Below, one piece after another: positions 19,467 through 29,138 of a DNA stretch of 64,000 nt. A program made the position numbers and the translations under genes. Each line of letters opens with the position of its first letter. The stretch's first letter is position 1. Source of the stretch: Alphaproteobacteria bacterium (GTDB lineage: Bacteria; Pseudomonadota; Alphaproteobacteria; UBA2966); contig OZ219856.1 of NCBI GenBank assembly GCA_964291395.2, forward strand, positions 384,001-448,000, read 5' to 3'. The notes below the pieces were generated by a model, which made no database searches, had not been told where the DNA came from, and worked only from the letters and a program-made list of their open reading frames with translations.

Positions 19467-19982
19467 ATGATGTCGGAAGAAGCTCGAACGCGTGTGGAAT
19501 TCGACGAGCACGGTAAGCGGACGACCTATGACGAGATCGAGGTCGGCAAGGATCTCGGATCGCTCGAGTGGGTGGTCGGCGGGAACGACATCGAGAAACA
19601 GTGTGCCATCGATGAAGACTTCCATCCGTGGTTTGCCCTGGATTCGGAATGGAACGGCGTCATCGCGCCGCCGCAGATTCAGTACCGTCCGCCGCGCTGG
19701 CTTCTGTCGCGCACCTACAACATCCGCGGCGTGTTCTACAGATGGGACTTCGAGAATCTGAAGCCCATCCGGCCCGGGGAGAAGATCACGGTAACCGGCC
19801 GCATTCTCGACAAGTGGATTGACCGCGACCGCGAATTCATGAGCTACGAGGCCGAGGGCCGCGACGCGGGGGGCGAGCTCGTGTTCCGGACGACGCGCGT
19901 GCACGCGCTCGACGTCGTCAGGCGCACGGCTCCGCGGAAGGGCGTCGGACAGGACAGCGGCGTCAAGCAGGAAAAAATCTGA
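19467..19982 (+). CDS. Hotdog-fold (MaoC-like) dehydratase subunit
   Basis: HPWF....IAPP, PIRPGE.ITVTGRI.DK; paired with the next MaoC gene; GGAGG ribosome-binding site. Confidence 0.7.
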   Translation: MMSEEARTRVEFDEHGKRTTYDEIEVGKDLGSLEWVVGGNDIEKQCAIDEDFHPWFALDSEWNGVIAPPQIQYRPPRWLLSRTYNIRGVFYRWDFENLKPIRPGEKITVTGRILDKWIDRDREFMSYEAEGRDAGGELVFRTTRVHALDVVRRTAPRKGVGQDSGVKQEKI

Positions 19983-19985
19983 GCG

Positions 19986-20396
19986 ATGGCTATCATCGGC
20001 AAGGATACGCCCGTCGGCACCGAACTGCCGGTCTTCGCCCGCCGGTTCCGCAACGAGATGTTCGCCATGGGCGACATCAAGACCATCCATAATGACGATG
20101 CGGCCGCCCAACGGGAGGGCCTGCCCCGCGCCGTTGCCGTCGGCCCACAGGTCGCCGCGCTGATCTTCCGCATGATGCGTTCCTGCTTCGAGGAAGGCTG
20201 GATCGTCGGCGGCAGGGTCGCGCTGACCTTCCGCCGTCCCGTCTGGTCGAACGACTTCGCCACGGCGCACGGCGTGATCAAGGACAAGGAAGTGGAAAGC
20301 GACAAGGTGCGCGTGGTTTGCGACGTCTGGGTCGAGCGCGGCGACGGCGAGAAGGCGATCGTCGGAACCTGCAGCGCCTTGGTGCCGGGCGCGTAA
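19986..20396 (+). CDS. MaoC family dehydratase
   Basis: TIHNDD.AA..EGL..AVA.G hydratase-like motif, L.FRRPV. Confidence 0.78.
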   Translation: MAIIGKDTPVGTELPVFARRFRNEMFAMGDIKTIHNDDAAAQREGLPRAVAVGPQVAALIFRMMRSCFEEGWIVGGRVALTFRRPVWSNDFATAHGVIKDKEVESDKVRVVCDVWVERGDGEKAIVGTCSALVPGA

Positions 20397-20419
20397 GGCG
20401 GCGGACCGGTCGTCTCCGA

Positions 20420-22483
20420 ATGGACATTCACGTCGGCATCGACGTCGGGGGCACGTTCACGGATGTCGCCGTCAATGTGCCGGAGGCAAATCGATTCATT
20501 CATTTCAAGCTGCCCAGCACGCCGGGTGAGCCCGATCGCGCGATCGTCGAGGGTGTCGCCCGGGCACTGGCCGAGAATGATCTGAATGCGCGGGACGTCA
20601 TGCGGCTCTCCCACGGCACCACGGTGGGCACCAACGCCCTGATCCAGCGTCGCTGCGGCCGTGTCGCCGTCGTGACCACGGAAGGCTTCCGCGACTTGAT
20701 CGAGATCGGGCGTCAGGTCCGACCCCGCATGTACGACATTCATCTCGATTACCCATCGCCCATCGTGCCCCGTCAGCTTCGCTTCGAGGTACGTGAGCGG
20801 CGCCGCGCCGATGGGACGGTACACCTCCCCCTCGACGAGGCCGGACTGAGGGATCTGGCCCGCACGTTGGTCGATGCGGAGGTGGAGTGTGTCGTGGTGT
20901 GCTTCCTCAATTCTTACGCTTGGCCGGAACACGAGGAACGGGCCGTGGCGCTTCTGAGAGCGACGCTGCCGCCGGCCGTTCACGTCCTCTCCTCGACGTC
21001 CGTCTATCCGGAATTCCGAGAGTACGAGCGGTTCTCGACCGCAGTCCTCAACGGTGCCCTGCTTACCGTCATGAATGCATACCTGAATCGGTTCACGGTG
21101 GGTCTCGAAGGCATCGGCGTACGGGCTGACCCGAAGGTCAGCCAAAGCGCGGGTGGATTGATGTCGCTCGGGATGGCGCGGCGGCTGCCCATTCGCGCGT
21201 CATTGTCGGGGCCGGCCGCCGGTGTGTCCGGTGCCGCGGTCCGGGCCGCCGCTGCGGGCTTCGAGGATATCATCACGCTCGATGTCGGCGGGACGAGCAC
21301 GGATGTTAGCCTGATGAAGGGTGGAATCCCCGGCGAGGTGTACGAACATGAGATCGCCGGCTTTCCGCTGAGGTTGCCTGCGATCGACGTGAACGCGGTC
21401 GGCGCGGGCGGTGGCTCCATCGCCTGGATCGACTCGGATGACCTGTTGAAGGTAGGTCCCATGAGCGCAGGGGCAGATCCGGGGCCGGCTTGTTATGCGC
21501 TCGGCGGCGGCCAGGCCACGGTGACGGACGCCAATGTTGTGCTGGGGCGCCTCAATGGGGACGCCTTGCTGGGTGGGGGCATGCCCATCGCCAAGCCCCT
21601 TGCTGTCGAGGCGGTTCGGCGATTGGCGGCATGCCTGGATCTGGAATTGGAGGAAACGGCCCTCGGGATCGTCCGGGTGTCGGCGGCAACGGTGGTCAAA
21701 GCCATCCGTGCGATCTCCGTGGAGCGAGGTCACGATCCGTCCGGATTCGCCCTCTATGCCTTCGGCGGCGCGGGTCCCCTGTTCGCCGTTGACGTCGCCC
21801 GCCAGCTCGATATCGCCCGGGTCATCGTCCCGCCGCATCCCGGTATCTTGTGCGCCGAAGGCTTGCTCAACTGCGACATGGCGAGCGATTTCGTGAAATC
21901 GGCGCTGGTGGCCGCGGGCACGGATGCACCGCCCGCCCTGAATTCGGCGCGTAGAGAGCTCCTGGCGCGCTCGGGGAGCTGGCTCGACGAGGAAGGCGTG
22001 CCTCCGGATAGAAGATCACTATCGTGGTCTGTCGATATGCGTTACCGCGGCCAGAACTTCGAGATCGGCGTCGCGAGCGACGGGGAGGAATTCGACGCGG
22101 CGGCCTGCGAATGCCTCGTCCAGGCCTTTCATGCTGCGCACGAGGCCAACTATGGGTTCGCGTCGCCGGACGAGCCCGTGGAATTCGTCAATCTCAAGCT
22201 CAAGGGGATGGCGAACCTCGATCAGCCGGACCCGGCGGTCTGGGTCGTGTCGACCGAAGGCAAGCCTCATGCGTCGCGGGACGTCGTCTTCGGGGGCGCG
22301 GAACGCATCACCGCCCCGCTGTATAGGCGTGAAGAACTGGGACGCGATCAGGTCATCGAGGGGCCGGCGGTGGTTGAGCAGTTCGACTCGACCCTGCTCG
22401 TCTTTCCGGGCGATCACGGCCGGGTCGACGACTGGGGGAACATCGTGATCACGCTCGCGGAGGGTGGCCCGTCATGGAACTGA
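20420..22483 (+). CDS. Hydantoinase A / oxoprolinase family ATP-binding subunit
   Basis: GIDVGGTFTD, HGTTVGTNA, SGPAAG, DVGGTSTD, GAGGGS, SAGADPGPACY. Confidence 0.93.
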   Translation: MDIHVGIDVGGTFTDVAVNVPEANRFIHFKLPSTPGEPDRAIVEGVARALAENDLNARDVMRLSHGTTVGTNALIQRRCGRVAVVTTEGFRDLIEIGRQVRPRMYDIHLDYPSPIVPRQLRFEVRERRRADGTVHLPLDEAGLRDLARTLVDAEVECVVVCFLNSYAWPEHEERAVALLRATLPPAVHVLSSTSVYPEFREYERFSTAVLNGALLTVMNAYLNRFTVGLEGIGVRADPKVSQSAGGLMSLGMARRLPIRASLSGPAAGVSGAAVRAAAAGFEDIITLDVGGTSTDVSLMKGGIPGEVYEHEIAGFPLRLPAIDVNAVGAGGGSIAWIDSDDLLKVGPMSAGADPGPACYALGGGQATVTDANVVLGRLNGDALLGGGMPIAKPLAVEAVRRLAACLDLELEETALGIVRVSAATVVKAIRAISVERGHDPSGFALYAFGGAGPLFAVDVARQLDIARVIVPPHPGILCAEGLLNCDMASDFVKSALVAAGTDAPPALNSARRELLARSGSWLDEEGVPPDRRSLSWSVDMRYRGQNFEIGVASDGEEFDAAACECLVQAFHAAHEANYGFASPDEPVEFVNLKLKGMANLDQPDPAVWVVSTEGKPHASRDVVFGGAERITAPLYRREELGRDQVIEGPAVVEQFDSTLLVFPGDHGRVDDWGNIVITLAEGGPSWN

Positions 22484-24198
22484 CCGCCATCCAGGTCGAG
22501 CTGCTGCGTAACGCGCTCGGCAGCATCGTCGACGAGATGTACGTGGCGCTGATGAAAAGCGCCTACTCGACCAATATCAAGGAGCGCCGCGACCACTCAA
22601 CGGCGATCTTCGACACCAAGGGGCGTGTCGTGGTTCAGGGTGAAAGCCTGCCGCTTCACTTGGCATCCATGCTCGGTCTCGTGGAGGTCGTTCTCGAGCG
22701 GAGCCGCGACGATCCCTTGCGGCCGGGCGACATGATCGTCTCCAACGACCCCTTCGTCGGCCGGGGCTCGCACCTGCCGGACGTGGCCTTTGTGGCGCCG
22801 GTGTTCGTCGGTGAGCGGCTCGCCTGCTTCGTCGCCAACATCGCCCATCACGCGGATATCGGAGGCATGGCCCCTGGCAGCATGGCGGGCGGTATGACGG
22901 AGATCTACCAGGAAGGGTTGCGGATCCCGCCCGTGCGGTTGGTCCGTGCTGGCGAGATCGTCGACGATCTGTTCGATCTCATCCTGCTGAACGTTCGCGT
23001 GCCCGAGGAGCGCCGCGGGGACTATCTGGCGCAGGTTGCCGCCAACCGGCTGGGCGAGCGGCGCTGTCACGAGCTGCTCGAACGCTGGTCCCTGGAACGG
23101 TTCCGGGCCGGAACGGACGCCATCATCGACGCCGTCGCCAAGCGGACCCGCGCCGCCCTAATCGAAGTGCCCGACGGCACCTACACCTTCAACGACGTCA
23201 TGGATGACGACGGTCTCGGCACCCGGGACATTCCCGTTGCCGTGCGCATTGACGTTGTGGGAGACGAGATCCATTTCGATTTCTCGGGATCGGCGCCCCA
23301 GGTGCGCGGCAACATCAACGTCAGCCGGTCCGCGCTCGAAGCAAGCGTGCTCTATGCCGTCAAGGCGCTCGTCGACCCGGACGGACCGACGAACCACGGT
23401 ATGCTCGATGCCATCCACATCGAGGCTCCCGAAGGCTCCGTGGTCAATGCCGTCTTCCCGGCGGCGACGGCGGCGCGTTCCCAGGTCAGCCAGCGCCTGA
23501 TCGACGTCATCCTGGGGGCGCTGGCGCCGGCATTGCCCGACCGGGTGATCGCCGCGGGCAACGGGGCGAACACCCTGGCCACGTTCTCGGGCGATGACGC
23601 CAATGGAAACTTCTACGTCTACATGGAAGCGATGGGCGGCGGAGCGGGTGCCCGCTCCTACAAGGACGGAACCGACGGCGTGCAGGTCCATTCGACCAAC
23701 ACCTCGAACCTGCCGATCGAATCGCTCGAGCGGGAATACCCCATTCTGATCGAACGTTACGAACTGGTGCCGGACACGGGCGGCGCCGGCACATGGCGAG
23801 GGGGACTTGCCCTTCGCCGCGCCTATCGCCCGATCGGCCACGCGGCGGTCTTCAGTGGACAGGGCGAGCGCATTCTGAACAAGCCCTGGGGGCTCTTCGG
23901 CGGCGGCGAGGGAGCGACCGGCTCCTTCCACTTGGTTCACGACGATGGCCGCAGCGAAACGCTCGCCGTCAAGCCGCATACGGTGGAAATACCGCCAGAC
24001 GCCACCCTCTGCATCACGACGCCGGGCGCTGGTGGCTATGGCCCGCCCGAGGGACGCAGCAAGCGCCGCTTGGCCCTGGACGTAGCCAGCGGAAAACTGT
24101 CGCCTGGACGGCTTGAGGAGCAATACGGTTGCGACGTATCTGAATTGCCTGATGTAGTGGATTCCACCGATACTGTTCGCGTCGTTCGGGACGACTAG
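22474..24198 (+). CDS. Hydantoinase B / oxoprolinase family subunit
   Basis: SAYSTNIKERRDHS, NDPF..GSHLPD, HHADIGG..PGS, EGLRIPP, GGAGTWRGG, TPGAGGYG. Confidence 0.93.
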   Translation: MELTAIQVELLRNALGSIVDEMYVALMKSAYSTNIKERRDHSTAIFDTKGRVVVQGESLPLHLASMLGLVEVVLERSRDDPLRPGDMIVSNDPFVGRGSHLPDVAFVAPVFVGERLACFVANIAHHADIGGMAPGSMAGGMTEIYQEGLRIPPVRLVRAGEIVDDLFDLILLNVRVPEERRGDYLAQVAANRLGERRCHELLERWSLERFRAGTDAIIDAVAKRTRAALIEVPDGTYTFNDVMDDDGLGTRDIPVAVRIDVVGDEIHFDFSGSAPQVRGNINVSRSALEASVLYAVKALVDPDGPTNHGMLDAIHIEAPEGSVVNAVFPAATAARSQVSQRLIDVILGALAPALPDRVIAAGNGANTLATFSGDDANGNFYVYMEAMGGGAGARSYKDGTDGVQVHSTNTSNLPIESLEREYPILIERYELVPDTGGAGTWRGGLALRRAYRPIGHAAVFSGQGERILNKPWGLFGGGEGATGSFHLVHDDGRSETLAVKPHTVEIPPDATLCITTPGAGGYGPPEGRSKRRLALDVASGKLSPGRLEEQYGCDVSELPDVVDSTDTVRVVRDD

Positions 24199-24233
24199 CG
24201 TTCCGGCCGGCTCGGCCTTGCGGAGGATGGAGC

Positions 24234-24623
24234 ATGACGATGGTGACACGGGGGATCAAGCAACTGATCGCGGAAGCGAATGCCGCAATCGACACGGTTT
24301 CCGTTGCCGACGCGATGGTGATGCATGGGGACTCCGATGTCGTCTTCGTGGACGTTCGCGAGACGGTCGAACTTCGGCAGGCGGGCTCCGTCGCGGGAGC
24401 GGTGCACGCGCCGCGCGGATTTCTCGAGTTCATGGCGGATCCGGAAAGCCCTCTGCACAAACCGGAGCTCGCGAGCGGTGCCCGGCTGCTGCTCTACTGC
24501 GCCTCGGGCGGACGCTCGGCGCTGGCCGCCAAGGCTTTGGTGGATATGGGGTTCGAGAACGTCGCCCACATCTTGGGCGGATTCGCTGCTTGGCAGGAGG
24601 CCCACGGACCAGTCGAGTCCTGA
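24234..24623 (+). CDS. Rhodanese-like domain protein
   Basis: VDVRE..E, HAPRG.LEF.ADP, YCASGGRSA, GGF.AW. Confidence 0.88.
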   Translation: MTMVTRGIKQLIAEANAAIDTVSVADAMVMHGDSDVVFVDVRETVELRQAGSVAGAVHAPRGFLEFMADPESPLHKPELASGARLLLYCASGGRSALAAKALVDMGFENVAHILGGFAAWQEAHGPVES

Positions 24624-24839
24624 TGGGTCCTGCGCCGCGGCGCGGTGAAGGAACGTTTGGGAGCGAATCTCAAAAAATGGGACTCGAGGCGAGACCCGCT
24701 CCCCTGTGGTGTGCTATGAAGCCGCAAGGCGCGGGGTACGAATTCGCTGGGCCCGGCGGATATCGCACAGTTTGTTCATAACCGTTTGCAAAATAAAGAT
24801 AACCCCGCCAATCAACATCAAAATCACAAGGAGGACTCG

Positions 24840-25985
24840 ATGCGTGTAACGCTATCCGTGATCAAGGCTGACGTGGGCTCCATTGGCGGTCATACGCAGC
24901 CCTCGGATCGGATGATGGAGGCGGTCCGCGAGGAAGTCGCCGGAGCGATCGGTCGGGGCCTGATCGTCGATGGATACGTCTCCCACACTGGAGACGACAT
25001 CGCCATCATCATGAGCCACACCCGTGGCGAGAACGACACGGACATCCATCAATTCGCCTGGAACGCCTTCCTTAAGGCGACCGACATCGCCCGGGAGTAC
25101 GGTCTCTATGGAGCCGGACAGGATCTGCTCGTCGATGCGCCCTCGGGAAATGTCCGCGGTGCCGGACCGGCAGTCGCCGAGATCGAATTCGAGCACACGC
25201 TGGAGAAACCGCGGCCAGCCGAGTCGTTCATGGTGTTCGCGGCCGACAAGTGCGGTCCCGGTGCGTACAACCTGCCGTTGTTTCTCGGCTTTGCCGATCC
25301 CATGTTCTGCGCCGGATTGATGCTGCCGCAGATGATAAAGGGATTCACGTTCCACGTGATCGACATGGACAACACGGCCGGCGATTCGCTCATCGAACTC
25401 AACACGCCGGAGGACTATTACCACCTCACGGCGCTGCTCCGGGACAACGAACGCTTCGGCATCGACTCGATCTATTCTCGGACCTACGACACCAAAGCCG
25501 CGGCAGTTTCCGCGCAGCGCCTGCACTCCATCGCGGGTACCTACACCGGCAAGGACGATCCTGTAGCGATCATCCGCAACCAAGGTGTCTTTCCGGCACC
25601 CGAAGAACTCGTTTCGCCGTTCGCCAAGGCGCACTATGTCGGCGGCGATGCGCGAGGGTCCCACAACATGCCGCTCATGCCGGTGGCGATCAACACCGCC
25701 GTGGCCGGCGTCTACTGCCTGCCCATCGTGAGTTGCCTGGGCTTCTCGCTGGGTCGCGACGGGCATTTCTCCGATGCCGTGACGGACTTCTTCGACAACG
25801 TGGCTTGGGACGAGGTTCGTCGGCGCGCCCAGAACAAGGGCAACGAGATGCGCCTCCAGGGCTGGTCGGGGCCCGCCATGCTGCCTTACACCGAGCTTGA
25901 GTATGGCGGATTCCGCGATACGGTCACGGGGCTGGTCGACCGTTTCCAAATTCGCGGGAGTACGGAGGCCGAGGCGGCCGAATAA
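24840..25985 (+). CDS. fbp: Bifunctional fructose-1,6-bisphosphate aldolase/phosphatase (class V FBPase)
   Basis: TLSVIKADVGS.GGH, GDDI, GLYGAGQDLL, GNVRG.GP, ADK..PGAYN.P, YTGKDDP; AAGGAGG ribosome-binding site. Confidence 0.92.
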   Translation: MRVTLSVIKADVGSIGGHTQPSDRMMEAVREEVAGAIGRGLIVDGYVSHTGDDIAIIMSHTRGENDTDIHQFAWNAFLKATDIAREYGLYGAGQDLLVDAPSGNVRGAGPAVAEIEFEHTLEKPRPAESFMVFAADKCGPGAYNLPLFLGFADPMFCAGLMLPQMIKGFTFHVIDMDNTAGDSLIELNTPEDYYHLTALLRDNERFGIDSIYSRTYDTKAAAVSAQRLHSIAGTYTGKDDPVAIIRNQGVFPAPEELVSPFAKAHYVGGDARGSHNMPLMPVAINTAVAGVYCLPIVSCLGFSLGRDGHFSDAVTDFFDNVAWDEVRRRAQNKGNEMRLQGWSGPAMLPYTELEYGGFRDTVTGLVDRFQIRGSTEAEAAE

Positions 25986-26137
25986 CCGGCGATGCATCAC
26001 GTAGAGCCATACGGCCGCTTCGCGGATTATCCGCGTTACGGTCGTCTTGCATCGGTGACGGGGCGCAGCTCAAGCGCCACGCGCGAGCGCAATATCCCGG
26101 AAAATGTCTCGGAAAGCGACGGACCGGCCGCCAGGAA

Positions 26138-26359
26138 CTAGAGCCAGCCCGAGCGCCAGGACGCCTTGGCCTTACAGCTCCGGCAGATACGCTCGCCGGA
26201 CCATGCGCTTTCGAACTGCTCTCCACACGCCAGACAACGACGCACTCTGCTTTCATAAACCGGTGTGGAAGCCTCGTCTTCGCCCCACACATCCCCGGAA
26301 TCGTCTGCTGAATGCGAAACGAGATCCAAGGGATTCGAAGATTCTGTGCCGTGATCCAT
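26138..26359 (-). CDS. Small zinc-finger hypothetical protein
   Basis: RRCLACG..F.SAWSGERICRSCK....WR, a CxxC...CxxC pattern recalled from alphaproteobacterial small proteins; AAGGA upstream. Confidence 0.7.
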   Translation of the reverse strand: MDHGTESSNPLDLVSHSADDSGDVWGEDEASTPVYESRVRRCLACGEQFESAWSGERICRSCKAKASWRSGWL

Positions 26360-26711
26360 TCCTTAGTCCGCACCCCGATTGTGGTTCAGGCCGTCCCATA
26401 CCGTCCGGAACCATGGTCATATGTCAAAAGTCATAAGCGCCACCAGCAAGTCTGGCGCACCAAACCTACCAAGAAACGGCCGCAACAACTCCGTTTGCAC
26501 GTTGCAACCGGGAGGCACTCGGTACGCCATACCAGCGGCTTGTCGGCCTTAATGGAAGGTGGACCATAGCACGGATGGCGCCTGGTTCCTACTAAAATTT
26601 CGAACCGAAGAAGCCGGATTAGCCTCTAATCAATTGAAGTAAGGAAATTTTTTCGTTAATGCCGCACAAGGTTTCGAACGATCGTTCTGCTGCCTCGATC
26701 CGGCGGATCCG

Positions 26712-27743
26712 CTACTCGGCTGCCTTCCGGATCGCTCCGAGTTCTCGGCATCTGGGCATGACCTCCTCGACGAACAGATTCATGGATGCTTTGACCATGT
26801 CGAGCGGCAGACCGCCGAAATTCATCCAGCAGATGAGGTTGTTGATGCCGGCAACTTCGTTGAGTTCCTGGATCTTTTCGATGCAGGTTTCCGGGCCGCC
26901 GAAGATCATCTGGCCCCGTTCGTGATCGCCGATCGGGCGGAATTGGGCCGTAGACTTCATGTAATAGTCGACGTAGTCGGTGCCTTTACGCTTGGCTTCG
27001 GCATCCGACTCCGCGACGAACACGTGGCGCACGCACGTGAACGGAAAGTCGAGATCGTCGAGACCTTGGTTCGCCCGTGCCTCCCGCATGAGGTTGTGCG
27101 CCTGTCCCAGTTGATCCGGCGGCGCCCACGCCGACAGCATGTGGTAGCCGTGCTTGGCGACATAGTTGATCACCTCGTGCGTGCCCAGCCGCGTAGCGAC
27201 CCAGACCGGCGGGTGAGGCTTTTGAATCGGTCGGGGCACGAGGCTGAGCCTCGGGACATTCCAGTACTTTCCTTCATAGGTGAACTCATCCGTCGTCCAG
27301 ACGCCAAGGATGATCTCCAGGGCCTCGTTGAAGCGCTCTAGCTTCTCCTCGATGGGAACCCTCAATCCTTCGAACTCATATTTCCTGTACCCGAGCCCGA
27401 CCCCGAAATCGATGCGTCCGCCCGACAGGATGTCCGCCATCGCAACCTCTTCCGCCGTGAGCAGTGGATGTTCCAGCGGCAGAATCTTGACCGCCGTCGC
27501 GATGCGGACATTTTCGGTGATCATGGCCACGGCACAGGCCATGGCGTAGGGCGAGGCACAGACGCAGTACTCGCCGTCGACGTCCGGCACGTAAGGAACC
27601 GAGGAGAAGTGGTGCTCCGTCAGCCATACGGAGTCGAAACCGAGCCTGTCCGCCAGCTTGAACTGCTCGATATGCTCCGCGTAGACCTGGACCTCCGACT
27701 TGGTAAACGGCTGTTCCATCAGGTGAAAAGTGCCGAACTTCAT
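26712..27743 (-). CDS. Luciferase-like (LLM class) flavin-dependent monooxygenase
   Basis: MKFG.F, ADRLGFDSVWLTEHHF, AEEVAM.DILSGGR..FGVG.GY, PRPIQKPHPP.W. Confidence 0.92.
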   Translation of the reverse strand: MKFGTFHLMEQPFTKSEVQVYAEHIEQFKLADRLGFDSVWLTEHHFSSVPYVPDVDGEYCVCASPYAMACAVAMITENVRIATAVKILPLEHPLLTAEEVAMADILSGGRIDFGVGLGYRKYEFEGLRVPIEEKLERFNEALEIILGVWTTDEFTYEGKYWNVPRLSLVPRPIQKPHPPVWVATRLGTHEVINYVAKHGYHMLSAWAPPDQLGQAHNLMREARANQGLDDLDFPFTCVRHVFVAESDAEAKRKGTDYVDYYMKSTAQFRPIGDHERGQMIFGGPETCIEKIQELNEVAGINNLICWMNFGGLPLDMVKASMNLFVEEVMPRCRELGAIRKAAE

Positions 27744-27870
27744 ATGCTTTTCCTCTACCACTGCAAGGAGCGTCGTAAATTCTGCCGTCCACTATAGACC
27801 ACGCACACCCTCCTTCGCCAAGGCCGCGGCGGGTATGCCCTCAGGAGTTGCGCAGGCTGTGACGGACGGG

Positions 27871-29037
27871 TCAGTACGACTTGGGCAGCCCCAGTTCCCG
27901 CTCGCTGATGTAATTGAGAATCATCTCGCGGCTCACCGGGGCGATGCGGGCGACGAAAATCTCGCGCAGGTAGCGTTCGACGTGGAACTCCTTGGCGTAT
28001 CCCATGCCTCCGTGAGTCATCACGGCCCGCTCGCACGCGCGGAACGCGGATTCCGCGCCGAGATACTTGGCGGCGTTGGCTTCGGCACCGCAGGGCCGTC
28101 CCTCGTCGTAGAGCTGGGCCGCCTTGAAGGCGAGCAGATTCGCGGCTTCGAGCTCGCACCAGCTCATCGCCAAGGGATGCTGGATGGCCTGGTTCTGGCC
28201 AATAGGGCGGTCGAAGACGATGCGTTCGCAGGCGTACTCCGCAGCCCGCCGAATGGCGACGCGCCCGATACCGACGGCCTCCGCCGCCACCAGGATGCGT
28301 TCCGGGTTGAGGCCGTCGAGGAGATATCGGAATCCCTTGCCCTCATCTCCAATCAAATCCTGGCTCGGCACCGGCAATCCATCGATGAATACCGAATTCG
28401 AATCGACGGCCTTCCGGCCCATCTTGTCGATCACTCGGGCCTCGATGTAGTCGCGGTCGAAGTCGGTATAGAACAGCGACATGCCGTCGGTGGGCTTGGC
28501 ACACTTTTCGATGGGTGTCGTACGGGCCAACAGCATGATTTTGGTCGCCGTCTGGGCGACGGAGGTCCAAATCTTGCGGCCGTTCACGATGTACTGGTTG
28601 CCCGACCGTTCGGCGCGCGTCTCGATCTTGGTCGTATCGAGGCCCGCGTTGGGTTCGGTGACCCCGAAGCAGATCCGATCCTCGCCCCCGATCAGGGGAG
28701 TCAGCATGCGTTCCTTTTGCTCGTCGGTGCCGTGCTTGGCGATGGGTTTCGGACTGAAAATGTTCATGTGAATGGCGGAAGCGCCCGAAAAGCACGCGCC
28801 CGATTCGGCGATGGTCTGCATCATGACCGCCGCTTCGACGACACCGAGGCCGGACCCGCCGTACTCCTCCGGCAGCGAAATCCCGAGCCATCCGCCATCC
28901 GCCACGTCCTTGGCGAACGCCTCTGGAAATCCGCCTTCCCGGTCGAGCTTCAGCCAGTAATCGTCGTCATACTTCGCGCACAGTTTCGCCACTGCGGCGC
29001 GGATGTCGTTTTGCTCTGGCGTGAGACTGGAGTCCAT
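27871..29037 (-). CDS. Acyl-CoA dehydrogenase
   Basis: PEEYGGSGLG, FGVTEPNAGLDT, NGRKIWTS, LNPER, HGGMGYAKE.HVER. Confidence 0.92.
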   Translation of the reverse strand: MDSSLTPEQNDIRAAVAKLCAKYDDDYWLKLDREGGFPEAFAKDVADGGWLGISLPEEYGGSGLGVVEAAVMMQTIAESGACFSGASAIHMNIFSPKPIAKHGTDEQKERMLTPLIGGEDRICFGVTEPNAGLDTTKIETRAERSGNQYIVNGRKIWTSVAQTATKIMLLARTTPIEKCAKPTDGMSLFYTDFDRDYIEARVIDKMGRKAVDSNSVFIDGLPVPSQDLIGDEGKGFRYLLDGLNPERILVAAEAVGIGRVAIRRAAEYACERIVFDRPIGQNQAIQHPLAMSWCELEAANLLAFKAAQLYDEGRPCGAEANAAKYLGAESAFRACERAVMTHGGMGYAKEFHVERYLREIFVARIAPVSREMILNYISERELGLPKSY

Positions 29038-29138
29038 GGCTGGTATGTGGTTCGCATTCGAGTTTCCGCGAAACGGTGGCTCCGATTGTTCACGGGATCG
29101 GCTAAATTGCAAATCGAGTCGAGTGAGAGGAGCTTGTG

